Below are positions 10,343-23,400 of a DNA stretch of 64,000 nucleotides, one piece after another (position 1 is the first letter of the stretch; each line of letters starts with the position of its first letter). This DNA is from an uncultured Prevotellaceae bacterium (GTDB lineage: Bacteria; Bacteroidota; Bacteroidia; Bacteroidales; Bacteroidaceae). Position numbers and translations under genes: made by a program. Under the pieces are notes generated by a model, which saw nothing but the letters and a program-made list of their open reading frames with translations, searched no databases and had not been told where the DNA came from. The stretch lies in the NCBI GenBank assembly GCA_946534585.1, contig CAMNCV010000048.1:19245-83244 (forward strand). The letters run 5' to 3'.

Positions 10343-12079
10343 TTAGTAAGCCTGCTCGTGCACGCCCTTCACGGCGCGGCCCGAGGGGTCGTTCATCTTC
10401 TTCCAAGCCTCATCCCACTCAAGGGCTATCGCCGTGGAACAAGCCACAGAGGCCTCCTGATTGACGCTTCGCGCTGCCGAGGCACTGGGGAAATGCTCCT
10501 CGAAGATGCTGCGGTAGTAATACTCCTCCTTGTTGAGCGGCGGATTGATTGGGAAACGCTCTGCGGCGTGAGCCATCTGCTCGTCGCTTACTGCCTGCTG
10601 GGTTATATCCTTCAGCGTGTCAATCCATGAATAGCCTACACCGTCAGAGAACTGCTCTTTCTGTCGCCATGCCACGCTCTCGGGAAGCATCGTGGCGAAG
10701 GCCTTGCGTACCACGCGCTTCTCCATCGAAGTACCCGGACACATCTTCAACTCTGGGTTGATGCGCATGGCTACATCCACGAACTCCTTGTCGAGGAACG
10801 GCACACGGCCTTCTATACCCCACGCCATAAGCGACTTGTTGGCTCTGAGGCAGTCATACATATAGAGTTTGGAGAGTTTGCGCACCGTCTCCTCATGGAA
10901 TGCCTTTGCATCGGGAGCCTTGTGGAAATAGAGATAACCCCCGAACAGTTCGTCGGCGCCCTCGCCTGACAATACCATCTTGATGCCCATGGAGCGTATC
11001 ACGCGCGCCAGCAGATACATCGGCGTGGAGGCACGCACGGTGGTCACGTCGTAGGTCTCTATATGGTAGATGACATCGCGAATGGCGTCAAGTCCCTCCT
11101 GCACGGTGTAGTTCACCTCATGGTGTACGGTGCCTATATGCTTCGCAACCTCACGCGCCTTGGCAAGGTCGGGTGCTCCCTTCAGTCCGACTGCAAAGGA
11201 ATGGAGCTGCGGCCACCAGGCATCATGCTTGTCGTTTGTCTCAATGCGCTTGGCAGCATACAGCTTGGCAATGGCCGATACCACCGAACTGTCAAGGCCG
11301 CCCGACAGCAGTACGCCGTAAGGCACGTCGCTCATGAGCTGACGCTTCACGGCTGCCATCAGTCCGTCTCTTACCATCTCCACGGCTTCCTCTTCGTTGC
11401 CGGTGCTCCACTGCATATCCTCGTGCTTCATCCAGTCACGACTATACCACTTCTTGAAATTGAAAGACTGAGAGCCTGACTGACTGAAGTCTTTACCATC
11501 ACCCTCCGTTCTGCTCGAAAGGTAATGCCCTGGCGGAAACGGCATATACTGACCGCACTGCCCCTCAAGGGCTTTCAGTTCGCTTGCGGCATAGAGTGTG
11601 CCGTCATCATCGCGCCCTATGTAGAGCGGTATGATGCCCATGTGGTCACGAACGATGAGCCAATGCCTCTTTTCCGAGTCGTAAAGTACGAAGGCGAAGA
11701 TACCATTCAACTGGTCAATGAAATCATCGCCATACTTCTCATACAACGCAAGTATGACCTCGCAGTCGCTACCTGTCTTGAAATCATACTGTCCTGCAAA
11801 GCGCCTGCGTATCTCCTGATGGTTGTAAATCTCGCCATTCACGGCAAGAACCGTCTTGCCATCGGCAGAATACAGAGGCTGTCCGCCCGACAGGGGGTCA
11901 ACGATAGCCAGTCGCTCGTGGGCAAGCACGGCACCCTCGCCACAGTAAACGCCGCTCCAGTCGGGTCCGCGATGGCGTATCTTTGCCGACATCTTCAGTG
12001 TCTTCTCTCTCAGTTTCTTCTGTTCGCCGGCAGTCATCGTGACTTCCTGCGGTTTTACTATTGCTACGAATCCACACAT
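10343..12079 (-). CDS. asnB: Asparagine synthetase B (glutamine-hydrolysing)
   Basis: N-terminal MCG, RHRGPD, NGEIYN, LLSGGLDSS, SGEGADE motifs. Confidence 0.96.
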   Translation of the reverse strand: MCGFVAIVKPQEVTMTAGEQKKLREKTLKMSAKIRHRGPDWSGVYCGEGAVLAHERLAIVDPLSGGQPLYSADGKTVLAVNGEIYNHQEIRRRFAGQYDFKTGSDCEVILALYEKYGDDFIDQLNGIFAFVLYDSEKRHWLIVRDHMGIIPLYIGRDDDGTLYAASELKALEGQCGQYMPFPPGHYLSSRTEGDGKDFSQSGSQSFNFKKWYSRDWMKHEDMQWSTGNEEEAVEMVRDGLMAAVKRQLMSDVPYGVLLSGGLDSSVVSAIAKLYAAKRIETNDKHDAWWPQLHSFAVGLKGAPDLAKAREVAKHIGTVHHEVNYTVQEGLDAIRDVIYHIETYDVTTVRASTPMYLLARVIRSMGIKMVLSGEGADELFGGYLYFHKAPDAKAFHEETVRKLSKLYMYDCLRANKSLMAWGIEGRVPFLDKEFVDVAMRINPELKMCPGTSMEKRVVRKAFATMLPESVAWRQKEQFSDGVGYSWIDTLKDITQQAVSDEQMAHAAERFPINPPLNKEEYYYRSIFEEHFPSASAARSVNQEASVACSTAIALEWDEAWKKMNDPSGRAVKGVHEQAY

Positions 12080-12093
12080 GATTATTCTAAGTG

Positions 12094-13842
12094 TTAGGGG
12101 TTATGAGTTGTAAATTCCATATAGTTAATGAAGGCTTGATTTACCATTCGCGTGCCGCCGGGCGTAGGATAACGGCCCGTAAAATACCAGTCGCCGGGGT
12201 GATTGGGGCAAGCCTCGTGCAGTCCCTCAATGCTTTGGAATACCAATTCCACCGATGCCTGCATGCCATCAGGGCGCAGCATCTCCACTATCTTGCGGTT
12301 AATCTCGCCTACGGTGAACGGTGCATATATTGCCCTCACGTGGTTTTCACCGTCAGGGTCTTGCCTGCAACGCTCATACACCTCCGTAAGCAGACGCTCC
12401 ATGCCTCGCTCCCTTATCAATGCTACGGCGGCACGGAAGGCGCAAAGCTCCTCAAGCCGCGACATGTCGATGCCATAGTAGTCGGGATAGCGTATCTGCG
12501 GCGAGCTCGATACCATCACTATCTTTCGCGGATGCAGGCGGTCGAGTATCTTGAAGATGCTCTCGCGGAGCGTGGTGCCGCGCACTATGGAGTCGTCAAT
12601 GATGACGAGGTTATCCTCATAGGGACGGAGTGAACCGTAACTGACGTCGTAAACGTGGGCGGCAAGGTCGTTGCGCTCACTGCCGGTGCTGATGAATGTG
12701 CGCAGCTTGATGTCCTTCCATACCACCTTTTCTATGCGCACCTGAGCATTAAGGCGCCTGACTCCGTCGGTCATGCCGTGGAAAGCCACCTCGGCCGTGT
12801 TAGGTATATAGGAGAACACCGTGTGCTCCACGTCGCCATTGATGGCGCGAATGATGTCAGGCGTGAGCAGTTCGCCAAGCCGTTTGCGCTCCTTGTATAT
12901 ATCACAGTCAGAGCCACGGCTGAAGTATATGCGCTCAAACGAGCATGCGGAGTATTGCTGCGGCGTGGTAATCTGCTTCGTACTGATGCGTCCTGCCTTG
13001 TTGACGATAAGCGACTGTCCGGGCTGCAGCTCGCGTATCTGCGATGCTTCAAGGTCGAAACAGGTCTGTATAACGGGGCGCTCCGATGCCACTACCACCA
13101 CTTCATCATCCTGATACCAGAAGGCCGGGCGTATGCCCCAAGGGTCTCTGACGGCAAACATCTCGCCCGAACCCGTCAGTCCGCACATCACGTAGCCGCC
13201 ATCGAAATGCTGCATCGTAGTGCGCAGCACGTTGGTCATGTCAACGTGGTTGTCGATATAGTCAGTGATGTCAGTCCCTTGCAGTCCCTGTGACTTCGCA
13301 ATGTCATAGAGTCGCTCCACCTCTCGGTCAAGGCGGTGGCCCATCAGTTCGAGCGTTATGTAGGCATCGCCATAGTAACGAGGCGACTGTCCCTGCTGCG
13401 TGAGGTGCTGAAAGACCTCGTCGATGTTGGTCATGTTGAAGTTTCCGCACAGTGCAAGGTTCTTAGCCCTCCAGTTATTGCGCCGCAGGAAGGGGTGAAC
13501 GTACTTCAATCCGCTCTTTCCCGTAGTGGAATAGCGCAGATGCCCCATGTAGAGCTGGGAATTGAATAGTGGGAAAGCAGAGCCTTCGATTCTGCTGAAA
13601 ATCTCGGTAATGGCATCTTTGCCTTCTGCACGCTCACGAAACATATACTCCTCTCCAGGCTGTGCCGTAAGGTTCACGCAAGCCATGCCTGCACCTTCCT
13701 GTCCGCGGTTGTGCTGCTTCTCCATCATCAGATAGAGCTTCCCCAGTCCGTAACGGTGAGTTGCGTACTTCTTCTTATAGTATTCCAGCGGCTTCAGCAG
13801 GCGAACCATCGCCACGCCGCACTCGTGTTTCAACTGTTCCAT
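12094..13842 (-). CDS. purF: Amidophosphoribosyltransferase (Bacteroidetes type)
   Basis: KHECGV Ntn start, HNRGQEGAG, GHLRYST, CSFERIYFSR, PRPP motif IIDDSIVRGTT. Confidence 0.82.
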   Translation of the reverse strand: MEQLKHECGVAMVRLLKPLEYYKKKYATHRYGLGKLYLMMEKQHNRGQEGAGMACVNLTAQPGEEYMFRERAEGKDAITEIFSRIEGSAFPLFNSQLYMGHLRYSTTGKSGLKYVHPFLRRNNWRAKNLALCGNFNMTNIDEVFQHLTQQGQSPRYYGDAYITLELMGHRLDREVERLYDIAKSQGLQGTDITDYIDNHVDMTNVLRTTMQHFDGGYVMCGLTGSGEMFAVRDPWGIRPAFWYQDDEVVVVASERPVIQTCFDLEASQIRELQPGQSLIVNKAGRISTKQITTPQQYSACSFERIYFSRGSDCDIYKERKRLGELLTPDIIRAINGDVEHTVFSYIPNTAEVAFHGMTDGVRRLNAQVRIEKVVWKDIKLRTFISTGSERNDLAAHVYDVSYGSLRPYEDNLVIIDDSIVRGTTLRESIFKILDRLHPRKIVMVSSSPQIRYPDYYGIDMSRLEELCAFRAAVALIRERGMERLLTEVYERCRQDPDGENHVRAIYAPFTVGEINRKIVEMLRPDGMQASVELVFQSIEGLHEACPNHPGDWYFTGRYPTPGGTRMVNQAFINYMEFTTHNP

Positions 13843-13853
13843 TTCTTATATCA

Positions 13854-15497
<1,644 letters not shown>

Positions 15498-15527
15498 TTA
15501 TCCTGTGTTTGTATCTTATTTCAGATG

Positions 15528-15558
15528 CAAAGTTAATACATTTTGATAAAACAACAAA
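15528..15558 (-). promoter_or_regulatory. Promoter for pyrG-purF-asnB
   Basis: Minus strand TTTG - 19 nt - TAACTTTG. Confidence 0.7.
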
Positions 15559-15703
15559 CTTTTTACTTACTTTTTGTTTGTTGAAAAGAGAATAAAGTAA
15601 TAAAGTGTAAAGCGTAAAGACTGTTTAACTGTCATTTTGTTTTCACTTTGTATTGAAAACATATCGTTTTGTTGCAAACTGTCAGAACGCCGCATCATGA
15701 CAT

Positions 15704-15745
15704 AAAAAGAAACCCCCTCTCCCATGTCTGAGCAGGAGAGGGGGG
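15704..15745 (-). terminator. Intrinsic terminator of the glnK-amtB-porin operon
   Basis: CCCCCTCTCC / GGAGAGGGGG stem followed on the minus strand by TTTCTTTTT. Confidence 0.75.
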
Positions 15746-15763
15746 CGTGCTATCTGGAGAAGA

Positions 15764-16483
15764 TTACGGTTGTACAGTGAAACCTAAAACCAGATATGCT
15801 TTCTGAGAGCAGGGGTTAGCAGCCACCTGCGCAAATATTGGTACAGAAAATGAATCGGTAATCTTTATTTCTTTCGTTGCCATCAGCGAGAGATTGGTCA
15901 CGGCGAAACCCGTGGTGGCGTAGAAATCCGTGGCATAGGGCACCGCACCGGCAGTGGCTTTCCAGTCAACCGAGGCCAGTTTGAATGGCACGTTGAACTC
16001 AAAGTAGGAACTGTAGGCACGCTTGCCGCTCTCGTTATAATCATTGCCGGCGAAGTTAGTAAACCACTGTGCACTGAGGAAACCGAAGTCATAGCCTATG
16101 TTGGCCTCAAACACATGGTTAGTGCCGTGGGCATCGTACTTGAAATAGCGGTTGTCGGGGTCTTGTCCCTCATCAAACCAATAATCGGTGATGCCAATGT
16201 TCAGTCCGCCCGTGGTGTAACTGAGCGTCAGGTCAAACTCCTTCGTATCCTTAGAGTTGCTCAGTCCCACGCTGCCCCATGCCGTAAGGCTCAGCCCCTT
16301 ATGGCCAATGCCGAGCGTAGGCTGCAAGGATACGTCACCGAGGTGGTCTCCGCGCCAGATGTAGTTGCTCACCACGTCGGCCGCAATGGTAGTCTCTATA
16401 CCTTCTTTCGTCTCCTCAGCCATAGCCATGGCAGGAGCAATCATCAATGCCGCAAGGGCATAATATCTTGACATTATTTTCAT
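15764..16483 (-). CDS. Outer-membrane beta-barrel protein, TorF/Gcw_chp-like putative porin
   Basis: Signal peptide; ADVVSNYIWRG...LQP...EFDLTLSY; alternating beta-strand pattern; co-oriented after amtB. Confidence 0.65.
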   Translation of the reverse strand: MKIMSRYYALAALMIAPAMAMAEETKEGIETTIAADVVSNYIWRGDHLGDVSLQPTLGIGHKGLSLTAWGSVGLSNSKDTKEFDLTLSYTTGGLNIGITDYWFDEGQDPDNRYFKYDAHGTNHVFEANIGYDFGFLSAQWFTNFAGNDYNESGKRAYSSYFEFNVPFKLASVDWKATAGAVPYATDFYATTGFAVTNLSLMATKEIKITDSFSVPIFAQVAANPCSQKAYLVLGFTVQP

Positions 16484-16524
16484 AAGCGATAAGTATATGT
16501 TTAACTATATTTTGTTACGTTTGA

Positions 16525-17808
16525 TTAGTTGTAGCACGCCTCACCATGCTCGTAGATGTCAAGGCCTTCTTCCTCGATAATCTTGTCGCATCGTAGTCCG
16601 TGGGTGTACTTTATGCCGCAGAAGATAGCCAGTCCCATGACGAATGCGAAGGCAGCCACTGTCACTGCTCCGAGAGCCTCGATGCCAACGCGCCCCATCA
16701 CTGTTGCTGCTCCGCAGTCAACGCCGCTGATGGCCGGGTCGCAGAAGACACCGCAGAGAACCGTGCCGAGCAGTCCGCCCACGCCGTGTACGGATACGGC
16801 ACCAACGGGGTCGTCAATCTTCAGTTTCTTATCAATAAACGCAACAGACAGGCACATTATTGTGCTGACCACTATTCCAATTACGGCAGAGGCACCGATA
16901 CTTACGCAGTCGCAACCTGCCGTAATGCCTACCAATCCTGCCAATACGCCGTTGCAGACCATTGATAATGATGGTTTTCCATCGACGAGCCAGGTATATG
17001 CCAAGGCAGCCAGTCCGCCGGTAGCAGCGGCCATGTTGGTTGTTACGAACACGTGGCTCATGCTTACTGCGTTAGCATATCCCGTAGCAGCAACGGTTGA
17101 ACAAGGGTTGAAGCCGAACCATCCTACCCACAGGCAGAAGACGCCCAGGGCGCAGAGAGCGAGGTTATGTCCGGGTATGGCGCGACTCTTTCCCTCCTTG
17201 TCGTACTTGCCGATGCGCGGACCGAGTACCATGGCTCCCGCCAATGCCAGCGCACCGCCACAAAGGTGAACTACCGTTGAGCCGGCAAAGTCGTGAAATC
17301 CCATCTCAGCGAGCCATCCTCCGCCCCATGACCAGTGACCCTCGATAGGGTAAACGAAGGCAGAAATGAGCATGGAATATACGAAATACATAGAAAACTT
17401 GGTGCGCTCGGCCATGGCACCTGATACTATCGTGGCTGCCGTAGCACAGAAGACGGTCTGGAAGATGAACGTACACTCTGCCGGCACGTTAGAGTCTGTG
17501 CCGATAAATCCGAAGCCTTCCCATCCGAAGAAGCTCGTGCCGGCACCATACATGATTGAGAAACCCAGAATCCAGTAGAGCACCGAGCCGCACATGAAGT
17601 CGCAGAAGTTCTTCATCAGTATGTTAGCCGTATTCTTCGAGCGCGTCATCCCAGCCTCCACGAGGGCGAAGCCCGGCTGCATCCAGAAAACCAACATGGC
17701 ACCCAGCAGCACCCACAGCGTGTCAAGGCCGTTAACGTAATCCTTTGCCTCCTCGGCAACGGTGGCAGCGAGGGGCGTGGCTATTGTCATTGTAATATCT
17801 GTAATCAT
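16525..17808 (-). CDS. amtB: Ammonium transporter
   Basis: MQPGFALVEAG, HDFAGSTVVH, WVGWFGFN, DDPVGAVSVHG; start placed at ATG 17808 to avoid overlap with glnK. Confidence 0.95.
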   Translation of the reverse strand: MITDITMTIATPLAATVAEEAKDYVNGLDTLWVLLGAMLVFWMQPGFALVEAGMTRSKNTANILMKNFCDFMCGSVLYWILGFSIMYGAGTSFFGWEGFGFIGTDSNVPAECTFIFQTVFCATAATIVSGAMAERTKFSMYFVYSMLISAFVYPIEGHWSWGGGWLAEMGFHDFAGSTVVHLCGGALALAGAMVLGPRIGKYDKEGKSRAIPGHNLALCALGVFCLWVGWFGFNPCSTVAATGYANAVSMSHVFVTTNMAAATGGLAALAYTWLVDGKPSLSMVCNGVLAGLVGITAGCDCVSIGASAVIGIVVSTIMCLSVAFIDKKLKIDDPVGAVSVHGVGGLLGTVLCGVFCDPAISGVDCGAATVMGRVGIEALGAVTVAAFAFVMGLAIFCGIKYTHGLRCDKIIEEEGLDIYEHGEACYN

Positions 17809-17833
17809 AGTTGTGTCGTTTTTTATGGTAACA

Positions 17834-18181
17834 TTACTTCTTGTCGGCCAGCACGGTATCGCCGTGCTCGCCAGTGCGTATGGAGTAGCAGTCAATCACA
17901 TCGCTGAGGAAGATGCGTCCGTCACCTACCTTGCCCGTATGAGCCACCTGCATTATAACCCGTATCGTGGGCTCCACAAACTGCTCACGGCAGATGATGG
18001 TCAGCGCCACGCGCTCAATGACATCGGTGCTGTACTGCACACCGCGGTATATCCTCTCCTGACGGCTCTGCCCTATGCCGTGAACGTCATGGTACTCAAA
18101 CCAGTCAATGTCAGAATTAAGCAAGGCATCCTTTACATCCTGAAATTTAGTCTTGCGGATTATAGCCTCAATCTTTTTCAT
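17834..18181 (-). CDS. glnK: P-II nitrogen regulatory protein
   Basis: MKKIEAIIR, T-loop YRG..Y, TGKVGDGRIF, IRTGE; adjacent to amtB. Confidence 0.92.
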   Translation of the reverse strand: MKKIEAIIRKTKFQDVKDALLNSDIDWFEYHDVHGIGQSRQERIYRGVQYSTDVIERVALTIICREQFVEPTIRVIMQVAHTGKVGDGRIFLSDVIDCYSIRTGEHGDTVLADKK

Positions 18182-18256
18182 ACCTTATTATAATTATAGT
18201 TTTACATTTGTCACTCCCTTGCGCACGGAAGGACGTCATTCTGTCAATTGACAATG

Positions 18257-18287
18257 CAAAATTACAACATTATGTAAAATAATCAAA
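18257..18287 (-). promoter_or_regulatory. Promoter for glnK-amtB
   Basis: Minus strand TTTG - 19 nt - TAATTTTG. Confidence 0.7.
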
Positions 18288-18389
18288 GGTTTTAGTTGTA
18301 TAATGTTAGAAATATTTTTATTTATTATGCATTTTGTCAGTATCTATGCCTTATATCTTGCTTTTTGTTTACATTTTGCGCGAAAATGC

Positions 18390-18412
18390 TTACATTTTGT
18401 TGCAAAGTGTAA
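18390..18412. promoter_or_regulatory. Candidate operator palindrome of a nitrogen regulator
   Basis: TTACATTTTG ttg CAAAGTGTAA; half-sites recur upstream of glnK, pyrG, gltB and dapF. Confidence 0.45.
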
Positions 18413-18492
18413 ATAAATACACACCACGGTGCTCCCCATGCCGGTTTCATGAGCACTCACCCTTGCAGAACCACGCTCCCACAGCAGCCATC

Positions 18493-18577
18493 GAAATCGC
18501 ACACCATTTGCCACGTAATCAGTATGTGATTATATGGTAAACGCAATGACATTACCACATAATCAGATACTGATAAC
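18493..18577. repeat. 22-bp-period quasi-palindromic array (4 units)
   Basis: GAAATCGCACACCATTTGC cac GTAATCAGTATGTGATTAT atg GTAAACGCAATGACATTAC cac ATAATCAGATACTGATAAC. Confidence 0.8.
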
Positions 18578-18648
18578 CACACACGGTTTTTTCCATGCCG
18601 TTAACAACGAAAAAAGCCAATCGACTTGGCTATATAGAAAAAAATGTG

Positions 18649-18656
18649 TAACTTTG
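18649..18656 (+). promoter_or_regulatory. -7 promoter element immediately before sufB
   Basis: TAACTTTG, with CTTG 20 nt upstream; ATG follows after 8 nt. Confidence 0.65.
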
Positions 18657-18664
18657 CACCCGCA

Positions 18665-20119
<1,455 letters not shown>

Positions 20120-20168
20120 ACACTAACGCAGGTGGTGATTGAGAGAACACACCTTATATATATTATAT

Positions 20169-20201
20169 AAGCACAAACTCGTGGAGTTTGTGCTTTATTT
20201 T
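20169..20201 (+). terminator. Intrinsic terminator after sufB
   Basis: AAGCACAAACTC gtg GAGTTTGTGCTT then TATTTT. Confidence 0.8.
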
Positions 20202-20371
20202 GTTCTTCCTGACGACACGAAATGACATTATGAAAACAAAACGTAATACCATAACTGCGTTTCGTTTACATAATGATAGAATTATTGCGAAATATTTTAC
20301 AAAGTGTCATTATTATCTAATTATAATATAAAATTGTTCACGTTTTTATTGTAAAACATAACAATTTGTAT

Positions 20372-20379
20372 TAACTTTG
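20372..20379 (+). promoter_or_regulatory. -7 promoter element for gltBD
   Basis: TAACTTTG with TTG 20 nt upstream. Confidence 0.65.
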
Positions 20380-20421
20380 CACCGAAATTCTGACAAAATG
20401 AAAGATTTATAATAGGATAAT

Positions 20422-23400
20422 ATGACACAGTGTAAACAAAACAATGGACTTTATCAAGCAGAATACGAACACGATGCCTGCGGTGTGGGCATGGTGGTAA
20501 ACATTCATGGTGGTAAGAGTCACGAATTGGTTGACAATGCCTTGCGTGTGCTCGAAAACATGGAGCACCGAGGTGCCGAGACGCGCGACAAGACTGGCGA
20601 CGGCGCCGGCATAATGGTGCAGATACCCCATGAATTTATACTGCTTCAGGGAATACCCGTGCCTGAGAAGGGACACTACGGCACCGGACTGGTTTTCCTG
20701 CCGAAGGATGAGACTGCACAGCAGCAGATTTTCAGCGTGATGATTGAGGAGATAGAGCGCGAGGGACTGCAGCTGATGCACGTGCGCGAGGTACCAACGC
20801 AGCCCGAGGCACTCGGCGTAGCTGCACGCGAAGTGGAACCGGCAATAAAACAGGTGTTCGTGACACCAGAGACCAACGCCAACGCTACCGACACCGCCAA
20901 CGACAGCCTTGTCTTCGAGCGTACGCTATACAAGGTGCGCAAGCGCATAGAAAACCGCATCACTGACAAGGACTTCTACATCTGTTCACTGTCAAACAAG
21001 AACATAATATATAAGGGAATGCTTACCAGCGGACAGCTCAGGAGGTATTTCCCCGATTTGTCAAACCAATACTTTACAAGCGGACTGGCGCTGGTACATT
21101 CACGATTCAGCACAAACACATTCCCTACGTGGTCACTGGCTCAGCCCTTCCGCTTGCTCGCCCACAACGGCGAAATCAACACCATACGCGGCAACCGCGG
21201 TTGGATGAAGGCTCGCGAGAGTGTGCTTTCAAGCAAGGCTCTGGGCGACATCAGCGATTTGCGTCCTATCGTGCAGGAGGGCATGAGTGACTCGGCAAGC
21301 CTCGACAACGTGTTTGAATTCCTGATGATGAGCGGATTGTCACTGCCACAGGCAATGGCGATACTCGTGCCGGAATCGTTCAACGACAAGAACCCTATCA
21401 GCGATGACCTCAAAGCCTTCTATGAATATCACTCCATACTCATGGAGCCATGGGACGGTCCGGCGGCACTGTTGTTCTCTGACGGACGCTATGCCGGCGG
21501 TATGCTCGACCGCAACGGCCTGCGCCCATCACGTTACACCATCACCAAGCAAGGCATGATGGTAGTAGCATCAGAGGTAGGCGTCATGGACTTTGAGCCT
21601 GCCGATGTAGTGAGCAAGGGTCGCCTGCAACCTGGCAAGATACTGCTCGTTGACACGCAGGAAGGCAAGATATATTACGACGGAGAGATAAAGGAACAAC
21701 TGGCTAAGGCTCACCCCTACCGCCAGTGGCTCAGCGAAAACCGCGTACAGCTGGAGAAACTCAAAAGCGGACGCAAGGTCAGCAACTCCGTCAATGACTA
21801 CGAGAAGCGCCTCGTAGAGTTCGGCTTCGGACAGGAAGACATCGAGAAGACCATCGTGCCTATGGCTACCAACGCACAGGAGCCTGTGGCTGCCATGGGC
21901 AACGACACACCACTGGCCGTCATCAGCGACCGTCCGCAGGTGTTCTTCAACTACTTCCGCCAGCAATTCGCACAGGTAACAAACCCCGCCATCGACCCTA
22001 TACGCGAGGAACTCGTAATGTCGCTGACGGAATACATCGGTGCCGTTGGCACGAACATTCTGACACCTGACGCCTCCAACTGCAAGATGGTGCGCCTGCC
22101 GCAGCCGGTGCTTACCAATGCTCAGCTCGACATATTGTGCAACATCCGCTACAAGGGTTTTAACACAAAGAAGATAGAGATATCCTTCGAGACAGAGAAA
22201 GGCGAGGAAGGACTGCGACTGGCCTTGGACAATATATGCAAGGAGGCGGAGCAGTCAGTGGATGATGGCGTGAACTACATCATACTCACCGACCGCGACA
22301 TCGATGACAGCCGTGCGGCAATACCATCGCTGCTGGCAGTTTCGGCGGTACACCATCACCTTATCAGCGTACAGAAGCGCGTGCAGACGGCACTCATCGT
22401 TGAGAGCGGTGAGATACGCGAGGTGATGCACGCAGCACTACTGCTGGGCTATGGAGCCAGTGCCATCTGTCCATATATGACCTTTGCAGTGCTTGACAAC
22501 CTTGTGAAGAACCACAAGATACAAGAGGATTATGCCACGGCAGAGGCTCATTACATCAAGGCCGTTGACAAGGGACTGAAGAAGGTGATGTCGAAGATGG
22601 GCATCTCTACCATACGCTCTTATCGCGGTGCCAAGATATTTGAGAGCATCGGCCTCGGCGAAGACCTCCTGCAACGCTATTTCGGCACGCAGACAAGCAC
22701 CATAGGCGGCATAGGACTGAAGGAGATTGCACGCGATGCGATAAGATTGAAGGAAGAAGGAAAGAAGAATGAAGATTTGTCTGACAGCAGTTCAACTTCT
22801 TCACACTCTGCTCTCCACTCCTCACTCAAGAACAATGGTCAGTTCTCCTGGCGCAAGGACGGAATACTCCACGCCTGGACACCAGACACCATCGCCAACC
22901 TGCAGATTGCCACCCGATTGGGCAGTTACAAGAAATTCAAGGAGTGGGCTCAGCTTGTTGACGAGAAAGAGAAACCTATCTTCCTGCGCGACTTCCTTGG
23001 ATGGAAGAGAGCAACTACGCCAGTACCGCTGGATGAGGTGGAGCCGGTGGAGAGTATCGTGAAGCATTTCGTCACGGGAGCCATGTCGTTTGGCGCTCTC
23101 AGCATCGAGGCACACGAGGCCTTGGCTCTTGCAATGAACCGATTAGGTGCTCGCAGCAATACCGGCGAGGGCGGCGAAGACAACACACGTTACCATAGTG
23201 AGGTTGACGGAGTAAGTCTGAACAGTAAGACCAAGCAGATTGCCTCAGGCCGCTTCGGCGTAACGGCAGAATATCTTGTCAACGCAGAGGAGATACAGAT
23301 AAAGGTGGCACAGGGTGCCAAGCCTGGTGAGGGCGGACAGTTGCCTGGCTTCAAGGTCAACGACATCATTGCCAAGACGCGTAATGCCATACCTGGCATC

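Noticed and set aside
17809-17895. amtB extension overlapping glnK
   Set aside because: ATG 17808 follows an A-rich leader after the glnK stop, which is the more plausible start.
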